DNA of 64,000 nucleotides, from positions 4,613-68,612 of the forward strand of contig JAJZIU010000001.1 of NCBI GenBank assembly GCA_021810455.1. The letters run 5' to 3'. Shown here in pieces: positions 16,476 to 25,766 of the stretch; positions within the stretch are counted from its first letter, which is position 1; every line of letters begins with the position of its first letter. Under the pieces are notes generated by a model. That model was not told where the DNA came from and did not search any database. It was given only the letters and a program-made list of their open reading frames with translations. Both the position numbers and the translations under genes were made by a program. The stretch comes from Candidatus Micrarchaeota archaeon (GTDB lineage: Archaea; Micrarchaeota; Micrarchaeia; Micrarchaeales; CABMGC01).

Positions 16476-17191
16476 AACACCTTGCTTAAAACATTGAAGT
16501 AATATAACAAAAATACCACCACTATAACTATTATCATTGCTACGATTATGCCGTTTTTTTTGTTATTGTGAGATGGAACGTAAGGTATCGTTTGTTGTGT
16601 GGGTGTCTGTGTGGAAGGTTGCGGCGTTTGTGTTGTTGCAGTTGGTTGTTGATTCGGTTGTTGTTGCTGCATAGGTATCGATTGTGGAGTCGCTGATGGA
16701 GGTTGTTGAATGTTAGGTTTTACAGCTTGCGGTTGTGTAGCCGTTTTAGAACTTAGAAAACCTTTTTCAGTGAGCATTATCTCTGCGCCACCATTTTTAA
16801 GTTCGTAAACTATGTATCCTTGTTTTGTCAGTTTATACAATCTCATCGCAAGATCTTTTGGACGCAGATTAAGTGTATTCTGGAGTTCTGCAGGAATGCG
16901 TTTTCCTCCAGAAAGTTGTTTTAGTATGCCTTCGTCAAGATCGTCGAATGCTTCGGAGGACTTTGCATCTGCCTCGGATATGAGAGACTTGCCAGAATCA
17001 GTTACTGTTATCGTGTTTGGACCAGGATAATATGCAGTGAATTCTATTAATCCTTTTTGCTTGAGAGAACCAGCTATGTTTGATGCATCGAATATGCTGG
17101 AATTGAGTGCGCTCCCCAACTTTTCAAGTTGTGTGTTTGTTGTTATTTTTGTTAGAGCGGCCAGATCCATGAACGTTATCTCTTCTGCCAT
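16472..17191 (-). CDS. Tail-anchored protein: winged-helix-like halves, Q/P/T-rich linker, C-terminal TM helix
   Basis: 239-aa ORF overlapping acdB by 4 nt. Soluble N-terminal ~150 aa, low-complexity TQPQAVKPNIQQPPSATPQSIPMQQQQPNQQPTATTQTPQPSTQTPTQQ, and a terminal hydrophobic IIVAMIIVIVVVFLLYYF. Confidence 0.55.
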   Translation of the reverse strand: MAEEITFMDLAALTKITTNTQLEKLGSALNSSIFDASNIAGSLKQKGLIEFTAYYPGPNTITVTDSGKSLISEADAKSSEAFDDLDEGILKQLSGGKRIPAELQNTLNLRPKDLAMRLYKLTKQGYIVYELKNGGAEIMLTEKGFLSSKTATQPQAVKPNIQQPPSATPQSIPMQQQQPNQQPTATTQTPQPSTQTPTQQTIPYVPSHNNKKNGIIVAMIIVIVVVFLLYYFNVLSKVF

Positions 17192-17289
17192 TTAATCGAA
17201 TTATACCACAACAAGAATAACTAAAAACATTTCAGGAGAATCTAGCGTAACAAATATAATTATTGATTTTGATTTATGAGAGTGTGACC

Positions 17290-18147
17290 ATGTTTAGAAA
17301 ATCACAAAGTGCAATGGAATACTTGATGACTTATGGATGGTCCATACTAATAATTGCCGTAGTTCTCGGAGCACTTTCGTTTCTCGGTGTTTTCAATCCC
17401 GTAACGTTTGCACCAAAGGCGGCACCTGGTAGCTGTCAGGTGATAAAAAACGTACAGCTGGGAGTAAGCAATCTTGAAGGAAGTTGCAACAATCAGGTGC
17501 CGCAGTACGTTGCGCAGTTCAACGGACAAACAGGCTACATAAACCTTGGATTAGATAAATTTGATTATCAGGACATTACAGTATGCACATGGTTTAAATC
17601 TGGAGCTTACACTAGTGCAGATCAGAGAGTTGTAACGTCCGGAAGTGAAAATACCCATCTGTGGATGTTATCCATTACGGCAGGAGGATGCCCGGATAGT
17701 AATACGGTTTGTATGGTTATGTCGAATACCAGCACAACAGCAGCGACAGTTATGTCAGATAATCCTGTTAATAATAACGAATGGTATTTTGCTTGCGGGG
17801 TATCGCAACCTGAATCGTTATACATAAACGGAGTTTTGCAGACTTCTTCGGTTACTGAAGGGTGGAGCTTTTTGTCTGGATCTAACATAGGATCGAAGGG
17901 AGGTACAAGTTATTTCTATAATGGGACATTGGCAAACGTGCAGATATACAATACCACTCTTACTTCATCTTCAGTAAAAACACTTTATCATGAAGGCATA
18001 GGAGGTGCACCAATAGATCTTCAGAATCTTGTAGGTTGGTATCCGTTAAATGGAAACGGTAACGATTACTCTGGAAATGGTAATGAGGGGACCCCTGCAA
18101 ACGTAGATTTCATAAGCAATTGGTATAATGGCTACACACAGCCATGA
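17290..18147 (+). CDS. Type IV pilin-like protein (class III signal peptide) with LamG/ConA-like lectin domain
   Basis: MFRKSQSAMEYLMTYGWSILIIAVVLGAL is a class III (prepilin-type) signal. AQFNGQTGYINLG...ITVCTWFKSG...NEWYFACGV...LANVQIYNTTL fits LamG_3 jelly-roll motifs. ATG 17290 preferred over the track start at 17263. Confidence 0.7.
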   Translation: MFRKSQSAMEYLMTYGWSILIIAVVLGALSFLGVFNPVTFAPKAAPGSCQVIKNVQLGVSNLEGSCNNQVPQYVAQFNGQTGYINLGLDKFDYQDITVCTWFKSGAYTSADQRVVTSGSENTHLWMLSITAGGCPDSNTVCMVMSNTSTTAATVMSDNPVNNNEWYFACGVSQPESLYINGVLQTSSVTEGWSFLSGSNIGSKGGTSYFYNGTLANVQIYNTTLTSSSVKTLYHEGIGGAPIDLQNLVGWYPLNGNGNDYSGNGNEGTPANVDFISNWYNGYTQP

Positions 18148-18193
18148 CGGGTCATGCTTTTATTTGTTTCTTCTTAAGTACCTATGTGATACT

Positions 18194-19438
18194 TTGGAAC
18201 TTAGATTTTTAGGAGGAGCTGGAGAGGTAGGAAGATCTGCGATTTTGTTAAAAGATGAAGTAAATATACTGATGGACTACGGAATAAAACTCGAGGGGAA
18301 GGCACAATTCCCTCTGTTGCCAAAGAAGGTCGATGCGCTTGTTTTAAGTCATGCACATTTAGATCACAGTGGATACGCACCTGCATTATATAAGAGAGGT
18401 ATGCCGATGGCTTTTGGCACCGAGCCTACATACAAATTAGCTGAACTCCTCATTGAAGATTCAATAAAGGTTAATATGAAAAAACATGAAAGGCTCGGTT
18501 TTGGGAAAAAGGATATGAGAACTTTCTTAAACAGCTACTCGATGAGATCTTATGGAGAAGGGATAGATTTTAGAGAGCACACAATTACACTACATAATGC
18601 AGGCCATATTGCTGGAAGTGCAATAACGCTTATTGAGAATAAGGAAGGTAGAAGAGTTGCTTACACAGGGGATTTTAAATTATCTAAACAGACCTTACAT
18701 CACGGAGCCGAGATTATAGATTGTGATGTACTAATAACTGAATCAACATATGCAACAAGAGAACATCCGGACAGAGACGCATTAATAGCACAGTTCATAA
18801 ACAACATAAAAGAGGTTACTGAAAACGGAGGGACGGCACTCATCCCAGTGTTTGCAGTTGGAAGAGCCCAGGAGGTTCTAGCAATACTAAACAAGCATGG
18901 ATTGATGGATCACACGTACATAGACGGCATGGCGCTAAAAGCCACCAACATAGTCATGTCAACACCAGAATTTTTGAATAATCCGAAACTGCTTTCAGAT
19001 GCAGTTTCAAAAGCTCAAAAAATCACAAAAGCCAATGACAGAGGGAGGGCACTCTATGGAGGCAGTATAATAGTGACAACGGCAGGAATGCTGAGTGGTG
19101 GACCCGTTCTAGATTATATAACTAAGTTGAATAACAAATCAATGATATTCTTAACGGGATATCAAGCAGAGAATACTAACGGAAGGAGGCTTTTAGAAAA
19201 CAAACCACTCATAATAGACGATAAAAGCATTTTCATAAAGACGCCTTTCGCTTTTTATGATCTTTCAGCGCACGCGGGACAGGAAGATTTACATGATTAT
19301 GTTAAAAGAGCAAATCCAGAAACAGTTGTTTGCGTTCACGGAGACGAAGAAAGTACAAGTGCGTTTAAGGAATGGCTTCAGGGAGAAGGATACGAAGCTT
19401 ATGCCCCGAAGATGGGAGAAGAAATTACAATAAAATAA
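18194..19438 (+). CDS. Beta-CASP metallo-beta-lactamase RNase (aCPSF2/RNase J-like, no KH domains)
   Basis: LSHAHLDHSG (MBL motif 2), TESTYATREHP, SAHAGQEDL and VHGDEE. Homologs usually start just before the (M)ELRFLGGAGEVGRS equivalent, so TTG 18194 is preferred. The track ATG at 18128 overlaps the pilin gene by 20 nt and cannot be excluded. Confidence 0.8.
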   Translation: MELRFLGGAGEVGRSAILLKDEVNILMDYGIKLEGKAQFPLLPKKVDALVLSHAHLDHSGYAPALYKRGMPMAFGTEPTYKLAELLIEDSIKVNMKKHERLGFGKKDMRTFLNSYSMRSYGEGIDFREHTITLHNAGHIAGSAITLIENKEGRRVAYTGDFKLSKQTLHHGAEIIDCDVLITESTYATREHPDRDALIAQFINNIKEVTENGGTALIPVFAVGRAQEVLAILNKHGLMDHTYIDGMALKATNIVMSTPEFLNNPKLLSDAVSKAQKITKANDRGRALYGGSIIVTTAGMLSGGPVLDYITKLNNKSMIFLTGYQAENTNGRRLLENKPLIIDDKSIFIKTPFAFYDLSAHAGQEDLHDYVKRANPETVVCVHGDEESTSAFKEWLQGEGYEAYAPKMGEEITIK

Positions 19439-19807
19439 TTACTCTTCGTAATTTTCTTCTTCGCCTTCGCTGTATTCAGATTCCTCTTTAGAGGATTTCT
19501 TTGGAGCGCCCTCTCCTTTTTCAATTACTTCTATCTTCCCATATTTGCCAGTTGAAAGTTGAGGAGTTCCCCTAAATTCTCCAACATAACCATTGGTTAC
19601 CTTTACCTTATCACCAACGTTGATGTTGTATATATCATTACCCCAAAGAGATATTGCTATAGTGCCTGTGTCGTCCTTTAAAACAGCATTAGCAACATTA
19701 AGTCGTTTCCCGTACTTGGTTATTACTTCCTTTGGTTCTCCTTTCTCTGAGACTACTGCTTCGAGCTCAACATTTGATGAGCCTGCCTTTAAATCGCTTA
19801 TGTTCAT
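19439..19807 (-). CDS. OB-fold single-stranded DNA-binding protein (short RPA/SSB type) with acidic tail
   Basis: 122 aa. Single OB pattern (V.LEAVV.EKGEPKEV.....RLNVANAVLKDDTGTIAISLWGNDI..I.VGDKVKVTNGYV.EFRG..QLS) plus C-terminal EESEYSEGEEENYEE. Abuts the convergent RNase gene with 0-nt spacing. Confidence 0.72.
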   Translation of the reverse strand: MNISDLKAGSSNVELEAVVSEKGEPKEVITKYGKRLNVANAVLKDDTGTIAISLWGNDIYNINVGDKVKVTNGYVGEFRGTPQLSTGKYGKIEVIEKGEGAPKKSSKEESEYSEGEEENYEE

Positions 19808-19848
19808 AAAAACACCGAATTCATAGATTATGGACAGGAGAAGATATA

Positions 19849-20199
19849 TTAAGCTTTCTTAGTGTTTATTTTGTGTTTAGCGCCATATGCTTCATCTGCA
19901 TAATCGAGCAATGATTGAATGGTGCCAGACACCTTTATAGTGTAAAAACCCACGGATTCGCCTTCAAATTCCTTTAAGAATGAAAGACCCAATATGAGCT
20001 TGTCTTCAGTACCCCTATTTACCCGCATTATGAATACGTTCCCATCATACTGCTTTGTTACTCTTGGATTTGATTCGTATAAGTAACTCTCTCCAAGAAA
20101 CGTAGAAAGAATGCCAAGCATCTGTCTATGCTTTGAAATAACGTCTATGCTCCTTGACGACTCTATTAGAACGTATCGAGATTTTCTTTTGAGTATCAC
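19849..20199 (-). CDS. RNase P protein component Pop5 (Rpp14)
   Basis: 116 aa. LKRKSRYVLIE at the N-terminus and IKVSGTIQS near the C-terminus match Pop5 (K.RYl.fe ... SGTIk). 4-nt overlap with the upstream Rpp30-like gene. Confidence 0.7.
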   Translation of the reverse strand: MILKRKSRYVLIESSRSIDVISKHRQMLGILSTFLGESYLYESNPRVTKQYDGNVFIMRVNRGTEDKLILGLSFLKEFEGESVGFYTIKVSGTIQSLLDYADEAYGAKHKINTKKA

Positions 20200-20690
20200 A
20201 GAATGTCACCTAGTTTTGACACCATTTTTTTGGCGTATGCATCTCCGGCCCCCAAAAATCTTGCAATGCTCATTAATTGATAATAAGAAAGTAGGAATTC
20301 TCTGTTGTGTGCCATTGTTACAATAAGCACATCGGCGCCGGAGCGCATGGAAAACGCCAGCAGTCTTTTTGCACGATATATGTTCCTTGCTCTGGACGTA
20401 TAGTCTGATATCAGGGTGTTTGTTGAAATCAAGATAGGTTTCCCGTACGATGAAGCATCTTCTATAACCCTCTTCTCTAGTTCGTTGTCTTTTATTATGA
20501 CTCCTACAGCCCTGCCTTTTATTGCTTTTGAGAGTTCGCTAGGATTGCTGCTCTCAACTATCATCGTTTTGTTTGCATCGTATCTGTCACCAAGAATTAC
20601 ATCCTTTCCGAATTCATACACCTTTTCGTATCCTAATCTTTTCGAAAAGGATTTATCAACATCAAAGAATGCCAGATCAAAATAGTGCAT
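20196..20690 (-). CDS. RNase P protein component Rpp30-like (shortened)
   Basis: 164 aa. Starts MHYFDLAFF (Rpp30 typically begins M.fyDl.v) and lies immediately upstream of pop5, the canonical pairing. Shorter than my recollection of archaeal Rpp30 (>200 aa), so this call leans heavily on context. Confidence 0.55.
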   Translation of the reverse strand: MHYFDLAFFDVDKSFSKRLGYEKVYEFGKDVILGDRYDANKTMIVESSNPSELSKAIKGRAVGVIIKDNELEKRVIEDASSYGKPILISTNTLISDYTSRARNIYRAKRLLAFSMRSGADVLIVTMAHNREFLLSYYQLMSIARFLGAGDAYAKKMVSKLGDIL

Positions 20691-20765
20691 CGTATCAATA
20701 TTGCTTATATTAAAAGATTTATATACGGAGTACTGAATTTTTGCTGTAGACGTTAGCCTCTTCGC

Positions 20766-20780
20766 AAAGATTTAAATATA
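20766..20780 (+). promoter_or_regulatory. BRE/TATA-like promoter for tuf-rps10 (AAAGATTTAAATATA)
   Basis: Same core as at 5661-5674 and 40351-40360. Lies ~85 nt upstream of the tuf ATG, which carries AAGGTGA (20854-20860) 4 nt upstream as a Shine-Dalgarno-like site. Confidence 0.45.
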
Positions 20781-20864
20781 TTATTAGAGCATATTAGAGA
20801 GTGTAATACAGAGGAGTCCGGTTAGCGCAAATGCGCTTTATTATATACTACTTAAGGTGAACTA

Positions 20865-22130
20865 ATGGCAGAAAAACAACACATGAATTTGATCTTTATA
20901 GGACATATAGACCACGGCAAGTCGACAACAGTAGGCAGATTGTTATACGATACAAAAGCAATATCGGAACAGGACATGAAGAAAATGAAGGAAGAAGTTG
21001 CAAAGTACAACAGACCTTCATTCGAATTTGCCTTCGTTATGGACCAGCTTAAAGAGGAGAGAGAAAGAGGAATAACAATCGACATAATGCACAGAGACTT
21101 TCAAACTCCGAAATACTACTTCACAATAATAGACGCCCCTGGGCACAGAGACTTCGTAAAAAACATGATAACAGGAGCAAGCCAAGCAGATGCCGCAGTG
21201 TTAGTCGTATCATGCGTTGACGGTGTACAATCACAGACCAGAGAGCACGCATACTTGGCTAAGGTTCTAGGAATAAATCAACTGATAGTAGGATTGAACA
21301 AGATAGATGCAGCCAATTATGACAAGGCAAAGTATGAAGACGCAAAATCCAAAGTAAGCGATCTTTTGAAAACAGTAGGATATGATGTTAGCAAGATGCT
21401 GTTCGTACCTTATTCTGCACTTGAAGGGATAAATGTAAGCGAAAAATCGGACAAACTTTCATGGTACAACGGACCTACACTTCTTGCTGCACTTGACATG
21501 TTTGTAGTGCCTCAGAAGCCTGTTGACAAACCGTTAAGACTCCCAATACAGGACGTTTATAGCATTGCAGGTTTTGGTACAGTTCCAGTTGGAAGAGTAG
21601 AAACAGGAGTAATGAAACCTGGTGATCAGGTAGTGGTTATGCCTGGTGGCGCAAAGACAGAAATAAAGAGCATAGAGATGCACCATCAGCAATTACAACA
21701 GGCAGAACCAGGAGACAATGTTGGATTCAATGTCAAGAACATAGATAAGAAAGATATCAAAAGAGGAGACGTTATAGGACCTGTTACAAGCCCTCCGACA
21801 GTAGCTCAAGAGTTTACTGCACAGATAGTTGTAATAAATCACCCCACAGCAATAGCCCCAGGATACACACCAGTGTTCCACATACACACAGCGCAGATAG
21901 CGGCTACAATAACAGAGATAGTGGAAAAGAAGGACCCTAAGACAGGGCAAACAGTACAAAAGAATCCTGAATTCATAAAGAATGGAGATGTAGCAATAGT
22001 AAGGATTAAACCTTCAAAACCAATAGTTGTTGAGAAGTACGGAGACTTTCCACACCTTGGAAGATTTGCAATAAGGGATATGGGACAAACAGTAGCTGCA
22101 GGAGTAGTTCTTGATGTAACAAAGAAGTGA
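20865..22130 (+). CDS. tuf: Translation elongation factor EF-1 alpha
   Basis: 421 aa. [22 protein letters not shown] (G1), DAPGHRDF (G3), NKID (G4). Confidence 0.97.
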   Translation: MAEKQHMNLIFIGHIDHGKSTTVGRLLYDTKAISEQDMKKMKEEVAKYNRPSFEFAFVMDQLKEERERGITIDIMHRDFQTPKYYFTIIDAPGHRDFVKNMITGASQADAAVLVVSCVDGVQSQTREHAYLAKVLGINQLIVGLNKIDAANYDKAKYEDAKSKVSDLLKTVGYDVSKMLFVPYSALEGINVSEKSDKLSWYNGPTLLAALDMFVVPQKPVDKPLRLPIQDVYSIAGFGTVPVGRVETGVMKPGDQVVVMPGGAKTEIKSIEMHHQQLQQAEPGDNVGFNVKNIDKKDIKRGDVIGPVTSPPTVAQEFTAQIVVINHPTAIAPGYTPVFHIHTAQIAATITEIVEKKDPKTGQTVQKNPEFIKNGDVAIVRIKPSKPIVVEKYGDFPHLGRFAIRDMGQTVAAGVVLDVTKK

Positions 22131-22134
22131 ATCG

Positions 22135-22440
22135 ATGCCTTCGGCTAGAATAAAGCTTATAAGTAGGAGCAAAACAGACGCCAGAGATATTGCAAAGCAG
22201 ATATCCGAGATAGCAAAAGGTGCTGGTATAAAGTATAAAGGGCCAGTACCACTACCTACAAAAAGGCTTAAAATCTCTACAAGAAAGACCCCATGTGGAG
22301 ACGGATCACATACTTTTGAGCATTGGGAAATGAGAATCCACAAATGGCTTGTCGAGATAGATGGGACGGAACAGGCATTGAGGCAGGTTATGAGGATTCC
22401 TGTGCCTGACACAGTGCAAATAGAAATGACTCTGGGATAA
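22135..22440 (+). CDS. rps10: Ribosomal protein uS10
   Basis: 101 aa. ARIKL.S......D....I.EIAKGAGIKYKGPVPLPTKRL...TRK.PCGDGS.TFEHWEMRIHKWLVEI. Canonical position after tuf. Confidence 0.92.
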   Translation: MPSARIKLISRSKTDARDIAKQISEIAKGAGIKYKGPVPLPTKRLKISTRKTPCGDGSHTFEHWEMRIHKWLVEIDGTEQALRQVMRIPVPDTVQIEMTLG

Positions 22441-22483
22441 GATTAGGTTAGGCTAACTTGATGGCAACTTTGGAGTCCAGTGC

Positions 22484-23632
22484 TTACGTGGATCCTGAGG
22501 AAGCTATGTCTTCGTATAACGAAGTTAGTTCTTCCACACTCTTTATAGAAACCCATTCGTTTGCCGTGTGTTCATTTCCACCAGTTGGACCTATTGTCAT
22601 TATAGGTATACCTAATGAAGCCAGCGCATTATCATCAGCAACAGATCTGCCATAATTTATCTGAAATTTGCCAAATTTTGTTGTAATGAGTTTTAACACG
22701 CGTTTTACCACATGGTTGTTCGGATCAACAATGTATGGTCTCATGTATGGCGTTTCTCGTTCCAGTTCGATTACAGTAGTCTTTGTGTTTTTATTCAATA
22801 CGCCATTTGAATATAACTTTTCCAAGTATTTTTCCACTCTTTTCTTTGTTTCTATTGCCTTTTCAGGAGTTACGAGCTGCATATCCATTTGAAGGAGTGT
22901 GCTTTCCGGTAAAGACAAGCTTGTCGCGGACCCTTCTATTTTATTTATAAATATGGTCTCGTTTCCCAGTTTTGTATGTTTCTTGTACTCAAATTTTGAC
23001 ATGTTTGTAACAATCTTTGCAGCTTCATCTATTGCGTTTATGCCTTTTTCAGGACTGGTAGCCGCATGGGAAGATGCTCCTTTTACATTGATAGCCATAA
23101 CAACCCTACCCCTTCTTCCTAGAGTGATGGTGTCTGGACCTCCAGAGTGTTCTTGAGAATCTCCGGCCTCTGCAGAGACTATCAATGACACATTATTGAA
23201 CCAGGGTTTTTCTGCGGTTATTGCCTTCCATACTCCTGCAGAGATGTTTTCTTCGTCTACGCAGAAAAGTAACTTTATGTTGTTCTTTCCGAATTTGCTT
23301 AAGGATGACAGTACTGCAGCTATTCCACCCTTCATATCTGATGCCCCAAGACCGTACAATCTGTCTCCAACAATCACAGGGTTTATGGGATTTGTTTTCC
23401 AAGATCCGTAAGCAGGGACGGTATCCATATGGCCGTAGAATAGTATTGCTTTGCCAGTTTTGCCCTTTTCTGCAAACAGATTGAACCGATTTTTAGATAG
23501 GTATTGCCTTTTAGTCTTGAAGCCATTTTCCGTAAGATAAGAATCGATATATTCTCCAAGATTTGATTCTTCTGGAAATTGGGATTTTATTGTTATAAGT
23601 TTTTTTAATATCTCAACAGTTTCATTATGCAT
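22484..23632 (-). CDS. M20-family metallopeptidase (ArgE/DapE/acetylornithine deacetylase-like)
   Basis: 382 aa. ILFYGHMDTVP, GASDMKGG and LFCVDEENISAGV (metal ligands H, D, E-E) are typical of M20. Confidence 0.78.
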   Translation of the reverse strand: MHNETVEILKKLITIKSQFPEESNLGEYIDSYLTENGFKTKRQYLSKNRFNLFAEKGKTGKAILFYGHMDTVPAYGSWKTNPINPVIVGDRLYGLGASDMKGGIAAVLSSLSKFGKNNIKLLFCVDEENISAGVWKAITAEKPWFNNVSLIVSAEAGDSQEHSGGPDTITLGRRGRVVMAINVKGASSHAATSPEKGINAIDEAAKIVTNMSKFEYKKHTKLGNETIFINKIEGSATSLSLPESTLLQMDMQLVTPEKAIETKKRVEKYLEKLYSNGVLNKNTKTTVIELERETPYMRPYIVDPNNHVVKRVLKLITTKFGKFQINYGRSVADDNALASLGIPIMTIGPTGGNEHTANEWVSIKSVEELTSLYEDIASSGST

Positions 23633-23648
23633 TGATACACTTAGAAAA

Positions 23649-24890
23649 TTATTTTCTCAGTTCACCTGCGAGGTAGTTGATGATTACACTAGGCGGTAGT
23701 TTTTCACTGTTCCTCATCGCAGTCTGTATTGCTTGTGTGTTGTTGCTTTTTATATAATTTTCGTTTATGTTTGCAACTCTTGTAGCATCTTCCACAAAAC
23801 CCTCTTCGAGCAATCCAGTGTAAGAATACCTAACCAGAGTGCTTATCACATTCGACATGTTTGTATTGTTTATTTGCGTAGATGTGCTGCTTTTAGCAGT
23901 TTGGCTTATATCATCGAATGTTCCATTAAACGGTACAGGGATGCTCTCGACGCCGTTTTTTGCTATAAAGTATGTAAGGCCTATTACAAAAGCGTTTAAT
24001 GTTTGCATAGAACTGATCGTTATGGGAGTATCAGGAACCCTCAACTCTAGGACAAATTCAGATTCATTATTAACAAAATCAGGTCTTGGTCTTGCAAACC
24101 AGTAGATTTGGTGCGGTTCTAAAGACCTGAAAGGATAGTAGGAGTATGTGCTTCCATCCTCATTTGTTCTGATTTTGGTTAATTCTTCCCAATTAGCATC
24201 GAGCATCCCATTGCGTAGCCTTTCTTTTACCACTCTTGAAATCGAACGGAGGGTTTCGAAGTATTCTTCGTATGAATTTAGTTGTGGAGACTCTAGCATG
24301 CTTGATGGGAATCTTTCTAATAATTTAGAGTATCTAATTATTCTGCTGCTTTGATATCCTGTTTCCCTAACTTCCCCATCATGATATGTGTAAGGAGAAC
24401 TCGAACTTATTGCAAGTAGGACAGGATTTAGGTTTCTAAGCGTATTGTATATTTCAAAGCCTAACTGCTGATCACCAACACCTATTATTATTTGGTGGCC
24501 GTTTATGTCAAGGAAGGATTTTGCACATCTTTCAGATAATGAAGTGGTCCTATACCTTATTGGTTCTATAAAAGATACATCTTCGAATATTACCCCGCCA
24601 CCATATAACTGGCCATTTTCTTGCCTGGTGATGTTTGACAGTTGTTCTACAGAGCGCCTTAGCCTATGATTAAGCTCTTCAACATTAGCGGCCATCGATA
24701 CTTTTGATTCTATTGCGTGAATGGTGTTTACTTCGGGAGATAAATCTAAACGGTTTCTCCTGCAAGAATTGGCAGCAAGTACTTTAGAAGCTTGAACTCC
24801 GCGAATACCGAATTCTGTTTCATTGCTGATGCTAACTACCGCTCTTTTAGGTGTTGCTGTTCTAGTAGCGATGCTTGTGGATATAGCCAT
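23649..24890 (-). CDS. Carboxylate-amine ligase, glutamate-cysteine ligase family 2 (GCS2/YbdK)-like
   Basis: ETEFGI near the N-terminus, GHQIIIGV, and YWFARPRPDF...SEFVLELRVPDTPITISSMQTLNAFVIGL resemble GCS2 motifs (E.E; H.H.g; W.dvRP....tvE.Rv.D........a...a...gL). ATG 24890 preferred over the track TTG at 24899. Confidence 0.5.
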   Translation of the reverse strand: MAISTSIATRTATPKRAVVSISNETEFGIRGVQASKVLAANSCRRNRLDLSPEVNTIHAIESKVSMAANVEELNHRLRRSVEQLSNITRQENGQLYGGGVIFEDVSFIEPIRYRTTSLSERCAKSFLDINGHQIIIGVGDQQLGFEIYNTLRNLNPVLLAISSSSPYTYHDGEVRETGYQSSRIIRYSKLLERFPSSMLESPQLNSYEEYFETLRSISRVVKERLRNGMLDANWEELTKIRTNEDGSTYSYYPFRSLEPHQIYWFARPRPDFVNNESEFVLELRVPDTPITISSMQTLNAFVIGLTYFIAKNGVESIPVPFNGTFDDISQTAKSSTSTQINNTNMSNVISTLVRYSYTGLLEEGFVEDATRVANINENYIKSNNTQAIQTAMRNSEKLPPSVIINYLAGELRK

Positions 24891-25016
24891 TAATCTCAAC
24901 TTTGTGATTCGTATCTATTATATGATTATTTTACTATATATACTTTATGTTATTCTATTAACATGTTTGTTACTAATTTGAAAAAACTATATAAATGTTT
25001 ACTGTAATAAAAAAAT

Positions 25017-25697
25017 ATGGCTAGTGTAGCACAGGTAGTCGCAAGAATAATAGAGAACAGACCGTTTCTTGAAGAGGCTATTGCAAGCGAGATAGTTAAT
25101 TATGCGTATCTTGCAGACATGCTGAAACCAGAAGTAGAGGCAGAGTTGAATCGTGAAGTTAAAAGGGCAGCCATAGTCATGGCTCTGAGAAGGCTATCCG
25201 AAGGCATGAAGAAGGGTTTTGAAGGAATTGGGACGGTGTTCTTTAACGAATCGGATATAACAGCTAAATCAGGGATTTTTGAGCTTACGATTGAAAGAAA
25301 CCAGGATACGCTGAAAAAGGTATCGAAACTTTATGACATTGTTGATTTTTCCAAAGGGGATTTTTTAACGGTTACGCAGGGTTTGTATGAAATAACAATA
25401 TTGTCAAATGAAAAGTACAGGAAAAGTATAGAAGAGTTGTTCGGATCTAAAGAAAAATTCAGAGTAATTGACAAATTAGCTTCAATAACGGTTAGAATAC
25501 CGGAACATGCAGTAAGTGAAATAGGGAATTTTTATGTATTGACTAAGGCACTTAGTTGGAATAATATAAGCATAGTTGAACTTGTTTCAACATTTACAGA
25601 GATGACTTTTATAATAAGAGAACGCGATACAGGTCATGCTTTTGAAGCTGTAAAGAACCTTGTTGAAAGGAGTTCAAAGTCAGGCTTGAGACTATAG
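25017..25697 (+). CDS. Conserved archaeal hypothetical protein, possible ACT-domain protein
   Basis: 226 aa. The N-terminus IIENRPFLEEAIASEIVNYAYLADMLKPEVEAEL......AIVMALRRL resembles an archaeal family often annotated as ACT-domain-containing. TATA-like TATATAAAT lies ~25 nt upstream, suggesting a leaderless transcript. Confidence 0.5.
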   Translation: MASVAQVVARIIENRPFLEEAIASEIVNYAYLADMLKPEVEAELNREVKRAAIVMALRRLSEGMKKGFEGIGTVFFNESDITAKSGIFELTIERNQDTLKKVSKLYDIVDFSKGDFLTVTQGLYEITILSNEKYRKSIEELFGSKEKFRVIDKLASITVRIPEHAVSEIGNFYVLTKALSWNNISIVELVSTFTEMTFIIRERDTGHAFEAVKNLVERSSKSGLRL

Positions 25698-25766
25698 GAA
25701 TAAAAACTAAAAATCTCGACAGGTTATTAAGTTATACTTAATAATATTAATATAAGAAATGATTTT

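Noticed and set aside
20718-20725. A second plus-strand promoter (AAAAGATTTATATA) that might drive an unannotated sRNA upstream of tuf
   Set aside because: The TATA lies 28 nt from the minus-strand Rpp30-like ATG (20690). It is most simply that gene's promoter for a leaderless mRNA. I could not find any structured or boxed RNA in 20745-20800.
22014-22412. 132-aa minus-strand ORF
   Set aside because: It is antisense to the 3' end of tuf and to rps10, both unambiguous, and is therefore a shadow ORF.
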